Notes: generated by a model from the sequence alone, not told the origin. 64,000 nt of DNA from an uncultured Gammaproteobacteria bacterium (GCA_964503265.1 CAZCYO010000001.1:162064-226063), one strand, 5' to 3'. Numbered from the stretch's first letter, positions 38,638 to 45,917 are shown. Numbers and translations: made by a program.

Positions 38638-38949
38638 ATGCGCGAATACTGGTGGGTTGGCATTCTTGGGTGGATTCTGCTCGATATCACTGGTAGTAGG
38701 TTAAGTCCTCGTGCCATTAAAGGTACATGGCGGAGTGAAGAGACACCACTTGGAAAAGTCATCTCTTTTCTCGGATACTCCAGTGTTCTGGCATCGCACA
38801 TCGTGTTCGTGGTTACCTTTCTTCTCCTTCTGCGCTCAGATGGATTCTTCGCAGTCGTCGGCTGTAGTGGAGCAGTCGCAGTAGGCGATCGCTCAGCTGT
38901 GAGTATGGGATACTTCACGCACAAACGAGAAAGGAGGAATCCACAATAA
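38638..38949 (+). CDS. island module B: two-TM mini-membrane protein (103 aa), basic C-terminus ...RERRNPQ
   Basis: SD AAGGAGG; C-terminus similar to module C mini-protein (...NRHRPQN). Confidence 0.55.
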   Translation: MREYWWVGILGWILLDITGSRLSPRAIKGTWRSEETPLGKVISFLGYSSVLASHIVFVVTFLLLLRSDGFFAVVGCSGAVAVGDRSAVSMGYFTHKRERRNPQ

Positions 38950-38958
38950 CCAAACAAT

Positions 38959-39071
38959 AAGCACCGTGGAGGTGTAACCGAGCAAAGTAGCTCATCAACG
39001 GACAACGGCGTCCATGAGATTGGCACTTAGCTACGGTTACCTAAACCTAAGCGGTGCTTTCTCATTTTTAG
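38959..39071 (+). terminator. module B structured terminator: AAGCACCG ... CGGTGCTT + TCTCATTTTTAG
   Basis: Near-identical in organisation to the module 0 terminator (shared internal ggtgtaaccgagca and ggacaa-ggcgtccatgag). Confidence 0.55.
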
Positions 39072-39090
39072 CGCCCCAAAGTCTTATTGT

Positions 39091-39108
39091 CTTTTTTTTT
39101 GGTATAAT
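39091..39108 (+). promoter_or_regulatory. module C promoter: T9 tract + extended -10 TGGTATAAT
   Basis: ctttttttttGGTATAAT. Confidence 0.5.
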
Positions 39109-39178
39109 TTCCTCACATTTGAAAGGTACAGAGACTATTCAAGCTGTCTTTATTACTTTATCAATTGTCTAATCTATC

Positions 39179-39189
39179 GCACGTTTACA
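39179..39189 (+). promoter_or_regulatory. module C leader box (TC)GCACGTTTACA
   Basis: Exact 13-mer. Confidence 0.5.
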
Positions 39190-39285
39190 TTTTTTGCGGA
39201 AATTAACCCACTCACCGATGGCTTTTTGTTTGGTATCACTACCAGCTGAAAAGCTGTCGAATGAGTGTAATGTAGGAGAGGATCT

Positions 39286-39615
39286 ATGAAGTTCGTGGAG
39301 GTCTACACTCGGTTGGAAGGAGTTCCAGAAGGAACTATCATCAGCTTGACGTTTAAAAAAAAGGACATCAAGAAAATTCTCTATTTGGCTACGATGATCG
39401 GGAAGAAAATCCCTATCTTCACAGTCGAGAAAGGAACAAAGAAGAAAATAAAGCGGCTGTCTCGTAAGCAAGTCTGGTATAACAGACGAGATCGTACGAT
39501 CTCTGTCCGGACCACTTCGACCTTTGGAGAAGCTCTGAATATGGATTGGTTCGTCACAGTTATGTGTTATAGCCTCGAACATGTCGAGGTCTTATTCCAT
39601 CAGGAGCACCGCTGA
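39286..39615 (+). CDS. island module C: soluble Lys-rich protein (109 aa), LTF-motif family
   Basis: SD AGGAGAGG; N-terminus MKFVEVYTRLEGVPEGTIISLTF paralogous to 40816 ORF (MKLVDIYALSSAGIPTGAKLVLTF). Confidence 0.55.
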   Translation: MKFVEVYTRLEGVPEGTIISLTFKKKDIKKILYLATMIGKKIPIFTVEKGTKKKIKRLSRKQVWYNRRDRTISVRTTSTFGEALNMDWFVTVMCYSLEHVEVLFHQEHR

Positions 39616-39727
39616 AGCGGTAAAGGAGGTCACAAACCGTACAGCTGCTCGAGTTAGCGGCCACTGTTCACAATTCCTTCATCGATCTGATGAGGAACCT
39701 CGACTATATTCGCTGAGGAGGTGCACT

Positions 39728-39877
39728 ATGCCCCCGTTCAACGTAGTTATTGCTATCGTAATTGTAGCTCTCGTGGCTACATTCGCGATAAGCCGTGATC
39801 TATGGCCAGCTCTCGGAGTGTTCGTTGGAGGAATTCTCATTCTGTTGTGGTGCAATAGACACCGTCCACAGAATTAA
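39728..39877 (+). CDS. island module C: two-TM mini-membrane protein (49 aa)
   Basis: SD GAGGAGG before ATG at 39728; paralogous to 40630 ORF; ORF-track 39581 extension is unsupported. Confidence 0.5.
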   Translation: MPPFNVVIAIVIVALVATFAISRDLWPALGVFVGGILILLWCNRHRPQN

Positions 39878-39913
39878 ATTTCCTTACTTTTTCCGTAATG
39901 GTTATCGTGCCTT

Positions 39914-39978
39914 AAGCACCCCGATACGTTTCCAGTGATGGGAATTTCCGAAAGGATAGGGGTGCTTTCTCATTTTTA
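39914..39978 (+). terminator. module C structured terminator: AAGCACCCC ... GGGGTGCTT + TCTCATTTTTAT
   Basis: Compensatory change (CG to CC/GG) relative to modules 0 and B. Confidence 0.55.
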
Positions 39979-40020
39979 TATCCTCAATTCATTGAAACCT
40001 ATAGTTTGATTATTTCTCAT

Positions 40021-40033
40021 TTTTTTGCTATAC
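40021..40033 (+). promoter_or_regulatory. module D promoter: T-tract + extended -10 TGCTATACT
   Basis: tttttTGcTATACT. Confidence 0.5.
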
Positions 40034-40175
40034 TACACATGCATTTGAAGGCTATCTAGACTCATTTTTGCTGTCTCGATAATACTTCTTCTGCTTATTT
40101 ATTCGACCACTGTATCTTACTTTTCGACTTAGATCATTTGATCTGTGGCTTAAAGAGCGATAAGTAGTGGACTTC

Positions 40176-40186
40176 GCACGTTTACA
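40176..40186 (+). promoter_or_regulatory. module D leader box (TC)GCACGTTTACA
   Basis: Exact 13-mer; followed by tcccgat-atac-atcggga hairpin and CGATGGCTTT(T)TG motif shared with module C leader. Confidence 0.5.
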
Positions 40187-40303
40187 AATCATCCCGATAT
40201 ACATCGGGAATTGCGGAAATAGATAACTAATCGATGGCTTTGTGCCTCGACAGACAGTCGGGATAGAAAGTCGTCGGTTAGTTTTTCGTCGAAAGGATCA
40301 TAA

Positions 40304-40606
40304 ATGTCTCACGAAGCTGTTCTGAACATAGTCACAGACCTTCTGCCACTGACGCTGATCGAGATAACCTTCACACTAGAAGGATTTCAGGGTCTCTGCC
40401 TTCTACATCAAATGTGTCAACGCAAGGGTTTACCTCTGCTATTTGACGCGCGGACTCATCGTCGAATTGGACGTCTAGTGAGCATCGGAGAGTGGGGAGA
40501 CGATGGAAATCGTCATATCTTCGGATACATATCCGAGGCTTTTTCTCCCACTCACTTCACTGAAACACTTCAGCCATATCTCGAAAATGTTCGAGTAGTG
40601 GCCTAA
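40304..40606 (+). CDS. island module D: soluble protein (100 aa), LTF-motif family
   Basis: SD AAAGGA; LTLIEITFTLEG motif. Confidence 0.5.
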   Translation: MSHEAVLNIVTDLLPLTLIEITFTLEGFQGLCLLHQMCQRKGLPLLFDARTHRRIGRLVSIGEWGDDGNRHIFGYISEAFSPTHFTETLQPYLENVRVVA

Positions 40607-40629
40607 CCTACATAATGGAGGTGTCCAAC

Positions 40630-40791
40630 ATGCAAACATTCTGCGATCTGTTTGCCATCTTTCTGGTGGCGATCGGGTATACAGCCGCATTAAGCGGCGG
40701 ACTACTCGGTGGGGGAATTCTCATCACAGTTGCGCTCCTTCTCATCTTCGCGCCCACAGTCTATATGGACTGGGCAAAATTGCGTCGCTGA
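40630..40791 (+). CDS. island module D: two-TM mini-membrane protein (53 aa; below ORF-track size cutoff)
   Basis: SD GGAGG 8 nt before ATG; MQTFCDLFAIFLVAIGYTAALSGGLLGGGILITVALLLIF resembles module C mini-protein; coordinates hand-counted (+/-1). Confidence 0.45.
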   Translation: MQTFCDLFAIFLVAIGYTAALSGGLLGGGILITVALLLIFAPTVYMDWAKLRR

Positions 40792-40815
40792 TGCGACAAA
40801 TGTAATGGAGGCACC

Positions 40816-41013
40816 ATGAAGCTCGTCGACATCTATGCTCTGTCCAGTGCTGGTATCCCGACGGGAGCAAAACTCGTACTTACGTTCGAGCTCAATGCGC
40901 ACATGGGTCCTTTCCACCTGAAAGGACTTGTTCAGAATCACAGTTTGCCGACCGCGTCGGCCCCTTCTTGGAGAGCCTGGAGATTAAGCGCCCGTAAGGG
41001 CAATGAGCTATAA
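40816..41013 (+). CDS. island module D: small soluble protein (65 aa), paralog of module C 109-aa protein N-terminus
   Basis: SD GGAGG; MKLVDIYALSSAGIPTGAKLVLTFEL. Confidence 0.5.
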   Translation: MKLVDIYALSSAGIPTGAKLVLTFELNAHMGPFHLKGLVQNHSLPTASAPSWRAWRLSARKGNEL

Positions 41014-41035
41014 CGCAATCGTACACGTGCGAATC

Positions 41036-41112
41036 TCGCACCCTTGGGTCTTTTTAGACCCGCCTCTTTAGAGAGGTTTCTGTAAAAAGAAAGGGTGCGA
41101 TTTTTGCATTTT
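41036..41112 (+). terminator. module D / island-end structured terminator: TCGCACCCTT ... AAGGGTGCGA + TTTTTGCATTTT
   Basis: 10-bp closing helix around two internal hairpins (gggtc/gaccc, cctct/agagg) followed by U-tract, 40 nt before ileS. Confidence 0.55.
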
Positions 41113-41155
41113 ATGCCTAGTTGAATAGGCTCAACCTTTGCGCTACAATTAGCCC

Positions 41156-44032
41156 ATGGCTCACGAGATAACATTTGATGCAGTAACCCCGAAAGTAAAT
41201 TTTCCTGAAATGGAAGAAGAGACACTTTCTTACTGGAAAGAAAACCGTATTTTTGAAAAATCACTTGAAAAAGATTCCCCTAAAGGTGACTGGACATTTT
41301 TAGATGGTCCACCTTTTGTCACAGGACTTCCACACTATGGTCATATTTTAGGCAGTATCGCGAAAGATTTATTCCCTCGTTTTAAAACGATGCAGGGATA
41401 TCACGTCAGACGTGTATGGGGATGGGATGGGCACGGACTACCGATTGAAAATAAAGTCGAGAATAAGCTTGAAATAAAACGTAAAAAAGATATCGAAGAA
41501 ATCGTCGGAGTAGCGAAATTTATCGAAGAATGTAAAACATATGTGAATGAAGTATCAGGAGAGTGGGAATGGTACATCGATCATATCGCGCGTTGGGTAG
41601 ATTTTAAAAATGCATACAAAACCTGGGATACACCATACATGGAATCTGTCATGTGGGTGTTTAAACAGATGTATGAAAAAGGATATGTCTATAAAGGACT
41701 TCGCGTTTCTCTCTACTGTCCTCACTGTTCAACACCTATTTCTAACTTCGAAGTCGCGATGGATGCAGACAATTATAAAGAAATTATCGACGCAGCTACC
41801 ACATACAAGTATGAATTAGTAGGTGAAAATAATACCTATATTCTTGCTTGGTCGACAACTCCTTGGAATAAAATCGTTACTCCAGCCCTGGCCGTAAATC
41901 CAAAACTCACCTATGTAAAAGTGATACAGGGTGAAGAACTGTATATTTTAGCTGAATCCACTATCAAGACGATTCAAGGGGAATATGAAGTAATTGAAAA
42001 GATGCAGGGAGCTGACTTAGTAGGAAAGAAATTCGTGCCTCATTATGATTATTATAAAATTGCAGAGGGTGAGAAAGCCTTTGAAATTATCCCTGGAGAT
42101 TTCGTGACAGCAGAGGAGGGAACTGGCGTTGTCACAATCGCTGCCTACGGTGAAGAGGATTTGAAAGTAATGAACGAATATAATGTTCATATCGAACTTC
42201 ATGTCGATGAGGAAGGTACAATTAAATCCGACGTGCCGATGTTTGGTGGGATGTATTATTTAAAGGCAAACAAAGCAGTTAATGCAGATTTAGCAGAACG
42301 AGGGCTTGTCTATCGTGATGAAGATTTGCCACACAATGTTCCACTCTGCTGGAGATGTCACACCAGGCTCTACTATGCTCCACAAAATGCGTGGTATGTA
42401 AATGTACAGATACTTAAAGATCAACTGAAAAAAACAAATAAAGATATTAACTGGGTTCCATCTCACTTTAAAACTGGACGCTTTCAGAAAAGTATCGAAG
42501 CAGCACCAGACTGGTGTATATCACGAAATAGATACTGGGGTTCACCGGTTCCAGTGTGGGAATGTATGTGTGGAGAGCGATTCGTTCCAGGATCGATTGC
42601 TGAACTAGAAACGGCAAGTGGACGAAAAATAAAAGACTTACATAAGCCAGAAATAGACGAAGTAACAGTTCCGTGTAAAAAATGTGATCAAACCATGCAT
42701 AGAGTACCAGAAGTACTCGATAGTTGGATTGAGGCTGGGTCTGCAGCTTTTGCAGAACGTCACTTTCCATTTGAAGGAATCACTGATCCTAGCGAATTCT
42801 TCCCATCAGATTTTATCGTCGAATATACAGGACAGATTCGCGCATGGTTCTATGTATTACATGTTATTTCAAATGCAATTTACGGTGAAAAAGCATTTAA
42901 AAATGTCGCTGTTACTGGAGTAATACTTGGAACTGATGGACGAAAGATGAGTAAGAATCTGGGTAATTATCCAGATCCGAAGGAACTTATGAAAGAGTAT
43001 GGAGGAGACGCACTCAGACTCTATCTCATGAGTAGTCCTGTGATTCGTGGTGAGGATGCGATTATATCTGCTGAAGCATATCGACAGGAAGTACGAGGAC
43101 TCATGCTTATTTTATGGAATGTCTATAACTTCTTTATTAGTTATGCTCTTATTGATGGCTGGACTCCTGATCGTCATCCTGGAAAAGCAACGACTTTGAT
43201 AGGATCTCACAAGAATGGAGATTCTATCGCTGCGCTCCAGAATGACAATGTTTTAGATCAATGGATCATATCTCTTCAGAATACGTTGATTAAAGAAGTC
43301 ACTGAGTGTTTAGAAAAATATGATACGGTAACTTCAATCGCGAAATTGCATGAATTCGTTAATGACCTTTCGACATGGTATTTACGACGAAGTCGAGATC
43401 GTGTGGGACCAAGTGCGATGGATACACATGACAGAGAAGCGTTTTATGTAACCATGTATGAAGTACTGACCACACTATGTCGTGTGATGGCGCCGTTCAC
43501 ACCATTTTTAGCAGATGAAATGTATATGAATTTAACGAAAGAAGAGTCTGTGCATTTAGCATCATGGCCTGAGTATAAAGAAGAACTAATTAACAAACAG
43601 CTTAACGAAGAAATGAATGTGGTTCGTAAAATTGTCGAGATAGGACATGCGAAACGAAAAGAAACAGGTTTTAAAGTTAGACAGCCACTAAATAATTGTC
43701 AAATATCAAATGTCCAATATCCAATATCCAAAGAGATGATGCAGTTGCTTAAGGATGAACTAAACGTAAAAGAAATAGAATTTACTTTAGGAGAAGAAGA
43801 AATAGATGTTATTTTCGACATTGTGTTAACACCTGAGCTTAAAGCTGAGGGGGAGGCGCGGGATATCGTTAGAAAGATTCAAGAAGAAAGAAAGATGATC
43901 GGAACGACGCTTGATGCGAAAGTGAATGTGACGATTCCTGAGTATCCTGAAAGTTTTGTGGAGTATATTAAACAGAATGCACTAGTTGAAATAATTTCAA
44001 AAGGGGAGTTTAAGGTAGAGAAAGTTGGGTAG
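41156..44032 (+). CDS. ileS: isoleucyl-tRNA synthetase, eukaryote-like type 2
   Basis: HIGH variant PHYGH, GWDGHGLPIE, KMSKN motif GRKMSKNLGNYPDP; N-terminus typical of type 2 IleRS; TACAAT 7 nt before ATG, no SD. Confidence 0.85.
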   Translation: MAHEITFDAVTPKVNFPEMEEETLSYWKENRIFEKSLEKDSPKGDWTFLDGPPFVTGLPHYGHILGSIAKDLFPRFKTMQGYHVRRVWGWDGHGLPIENKVENKLEIKRKKDIEEIVGVAKFIEECKTYVNEVSGEWEWYIDHIARWVDFKNAYKTWDTPYMESVMWVFKQMYEKGYVYKGLRVSLYCPHCSTPISNFEVAMDADNYKEIIDAATTYKYELVGENNTYILAWSTTPWNKIVTPALAVNPKLTYVKVIQGEELYILAESTIKTIQGEYEVIEKMQGADLVGKKFVPHYDYYKIAEGEKAFEIIPGDFVTAEEGTGVVTIAAYGEEDLKVMNEYNVHIELHVDEEGTIKSDVPMFGGMYYLKANKAVNADLAERGLVYRDEDLPHNVPLCWRCHTRLYYAPQNAWYVNVQILKDQLKKTNKDINWVPSHFKTGRFQKSIEAAPDWCISRNRYWGSPVPVWECMCGERFVPGSIAELETASGRKIKDLHKPEIDEVTVPCKKCDQTMHRVPEVLDSWIEAGSAAFAERHFPFEGITDPSEFFPSDFIVEYTGQIRAWFYVLHVISNAIYGEKAFKNVAVTGVILGTDGRKMSKNLGNYPDPKELMKEYGGDALRLYLMSSPVIRGEDAIISAEAYRQEVRGLMLILWNVYNFFISYALIDGWTPDRHPGKATTLIGSHKNGDSIAALQNDNVLDQWIISLQNTLIKEVTECLEKYDTVTSIAKLHEFVNDLSTWYLRRSRDRVGPSAMDTHDREAFYVTMYEVLTTLCRVMAPFTPFLADEMYMNLTKEESVHLASWPEYKEELINKQLNEEMNVVRKIVEIGHAKRKETGFKVRQPLNNCQISNVQYPISKEMMQLLKDELNVKEIEFTLGEEEIDVIFDIVLTPELKAEGEARDIVRKIQEERKMIGTTLDAKVNVTIPEYPESFVEYIKQNALVEIISKGEFKVEKVG
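43172..43248 (+). mobile_element. ~77 bp copy of the TGTCATCC/GAATGACA repeat family inserted in-frame within ileS (encodes ~RHPGKATTLIGSHKNGDSIAALQNDN)
   Basis: cGTCATCCtggaa...ataggatctcacaagaatggagattctatcgctgcgctccaGAATGACAa is ~85% identical over ~50 nt to the internal part of the 32892-33016 element. Confidence 0.6.
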
Positions 44033-44040
44033 TTAGCGAC

Positions 44041-44097
44041 AAGCTTCATGACTCAAATTTCAATAAAACCCTCTGCATCTTGAAGCTTTTATTTGTG
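44041..44097 (+). terminator. ileS terminator: aagcttca/tgaagctt 8-bp closing stem around a 32-nt loop, then TTTTATTTGTG
   Basis: Inverted repeat plus T-tract immediately after the ileS stop. Confidence 0.45.
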
Positions 44098-44106
44098 AGA
44101 TTCTTA

Positions 44107-44132
44107 CGTCACTTCGTTCCTCAGAATGACAC
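44107..44132. repeat. degenerate short copy of the repeat family (CGTCAC ... cagaATGACAc)
   Basis: gtcacttcgttcctcagaatgacactag resembles ctccagaatgacagtagg of the full element. Confidence 0.3.
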
Positions 44133-44184
44133 TAGTAATCATGGCCTGACATTGGAGATTCAGAGTGGTATTATGGTTTGACTT

Positions 44185-45264
44185 ATGAAGAAAACGCTTA
44201 CATCGCTTGATTGGTGGTTACTTGGGCCGGTGGTGCTTCTGATTACACTCGGACTGGTTACTCTATTTTCACTTAATCCTATTTTTTTCAGGGGGCAGCT
44301 ATTTTATGTGGTTATTTCAGTTGCGGTGTTTTTATTTTGTGCGAATTTGGATTATACGTTTTTAAAATCTTTAATGGTGCCTATTTATATTCTGTCATTG
44401 GCGCTTCTGATCGTGGTGTTTATTATCGGGTTTGAAAGTCATGGGGCTGTTCGATGGGTAGATATTTTCGGGATAAGTTTTCAGTTTTCAGAACTGTGTA
44501 AGCCGTTACTTTCACTGAGTATGGTAGCATTTTTAAGTCTCCATGAAGATCGTACTATTCGATCGTTTTTAACAGTCGGTTTACTACTTTTCCCTATCAT
44601 GCTTCTTATTCTTCTCCAACCAGATCTAGGAAATGCGCTTATATATGGAGGCGTAGGGGTATTCGTGCTTCTTTTATATGGTTATCCGTATCGATGGTTT
44701 ATCATTGCTGCTACGCCTATTGTTCTGTCCATACCAGTTTTATGGGAGCGACTTCATGACTATCAGCGTAAGCGTCTTCTCACTTTTTTAAATCCTTCAA
44801 GTGATCCGACAGGGGCCTCATATAATGTTATTCAAGCAATTATTGCTGTTGGATCTGGTGGGTTTTTAGGTAGGGGACTCTCAAGTGGGACACAATCAGG
44901 ACTGAGGTTTCTTCCAGAACGCCAGACAGACTTTATTTTTGCTTCTCTCTCTGAAGCACTTGGATTTGTCGGATCATTTATCGTTATTGTAGCTTTTATC
45001 TTTCTTATCGTTCGACTGTATATCATTTTTAAACAAACAGATGAATTATTTGGTAAACTTTTTGTCGCGTGTGCATTTTCCTTTCTGATGATTCACTTTT
45101 TTGTCAACATCGGTATGAATGTGGGCATCGTCCCAGTAGTCGGTGTTACACTCCCATTTCTGTCATTTGGAGGAAGTTCGATGTTGACTAACTTTATATT
45201 CCTCGGCATTGTCATGTCGATAGAAAGAAAAAACAAACGAGAAAGTGTTCTCGAGATACGATAG
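44185..45264 (+). CDS. rodA: SEDS-family peptidoglycan polymerase RodA/FtsW paralog
   Basis: Motifs PERQTDFIFA and GVTLPFLSFGGSSML; second SEDS gene in window (first is in the dcw cluster). Confidence 0.75.
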   Translation: MKKTLTSLDWWLLGPVVLLITLGLVTLFSLNPIFFRGQLFYVVISVAVFLFCANLDYTFLKSLMVPIYILSLALLIVVFIIGFESHGAVRWVDIFGISFQFSELCKPLLSLSMVAFLSLHEDRTIRSFLTVGLLLFPIMLLILLQPDLGNALIYGGVGVFVLLLYGYPYRWFIIAATPIVLSIPVLWERLHDYQRKRLLTFLNPSSDPTGASYNVIQAIIAVGSGGFLGRGLSSGTQSGLRFLPERQTDFIFASLSEALGFVGSFIVIVAFIFLIVRLYIIFKQTDELFGKLFVACAFSFLMIHFFVNIGMNVGIVPVVGVTLPFLSFGGSSMLTNFIFLGIVMSIERKNKRESVLEIR

Positions 45265-45296
45265 TGTTATTGTGGCAAATAACGTAAGATAAAATT

Positions 45297-45875
45297 ATGT
45301 TGAATGAAAACTTTATTATCTTAGGAGCTGTTATTGGTGCTGTGGGGTCTTTAGCGTATTTAGTTGATACGGTAAAAGGTAAAGTAAAACCAAACCGTGT
45401 ATCGTTTTTACTGTGGTCGATAGCACCGATTATTGCTTTTGTGGCTCAGTTAAAACAAGGTGTTGGACTTGAATCGCTTATGACATTTAGTACGGGTTTT
45501 TTACCACTTACCATTTTTATCGCTTCTTTTGTTAATAAATCGGCTGAGTGGAAGTTAACTACATTTGATCTAATATGTGGATTACTTTCAGTAGTTGGGT
45601 TAATTTTATGGCTGATAACTAGGATTGGAAATGTTGCGATCCTCTTTAGTATTATTGCAGATGGGTTAGCCGCATTACCGACACTAGTTAAAGCATATAA
45701 ATATCCAGAATCTGAAATTGCATGGCCTTGGCTTGCTACTTCAATAGGCGTTATCCTTACCGTATTAACGATAAAAGAGCTGACATTTGCTAATAGCGGT
45801 TTTATTATTTATATTTTCATCGTTAACACTCTTATTTTCAGTTTTGCCCAGTTTAAAATAGGTAAAAAGGTCTAA
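45297..45875 (+). CDS. hypothetical polytopic membrane protein (192 aa)
   Basis: 5-6 hydrophobic segments; no motif. Confidence 0.45.
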   Translation: MLNENFIILGAVIGAVGSLAYLVDTVKGKVKPNRVSFLLWSIAPIIAFVAQLKQGVGLESLMTFSTGFLPLTIFIASFVNKSAEWKLTTFDLICGLLSVVGLILWLITRIGNVAILFSIIADGLAALPTLVKAYKYPESEIAWPWLATSIGVILTVLTIKELTFANSGFIIYIFIVNTLIFSFAQFKIGKKV

Positions 45876-45888
45876 TCTGCTAAACCTG

Positions 45889-45917
45889 TTTAAAAATTCA
45901 TTTGAATCTGGTATAAT
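45889..45917 (+). promoter_or_regulatory. rplU promoter: -35-like TTTAAA, extended -10 TGGTATAAT ending 10 nt before ATG (leaderless-type)
   Basis: ctgGTATAATctctttcagtATG; no SD. Confidence 0.5.

Noticed and set aside
38179-39727. Long versions of module ORFs (38179 start; 39581 start)
   Set aside because: The upstream portions cover the promoter/leader or overlap the preceding gene and lack SDs; internal ATGs at 38269 and 39728 are each preceded by a strong SD at optimal spacing.
37438-40186. TTTACA inside the GCACGTTTACA box as a -35 hexamer
   Set aside because: No acceptable -10 hexamer lies 16-19 nt downstream in any of the five copies, whereas clear extended -10 elements lie upstream of the box.
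36010-41112. Integron gene-cassette array interpretation of the tandem modules
   Set aside because: Each unit carries its own promoter and long leader, no attC-like R''-L''/L'-R' core sites (GTTRRRY/RYYYAAC) could be recognised, and no intI is nearby; the 3' elements look like RNA helices with U-tracts rather than recombination sites.
36371-41264. Minus-strand ORFs across the island (36371..36931, 37490..38029, 38616..39026, 39169..39582, 40938..41264)
   Set aside because: They lack SD sequences, run against the orientation of all promoters and U-tract terminators, and overlap plus-strand ORFs that have strong SDs and paralog support.
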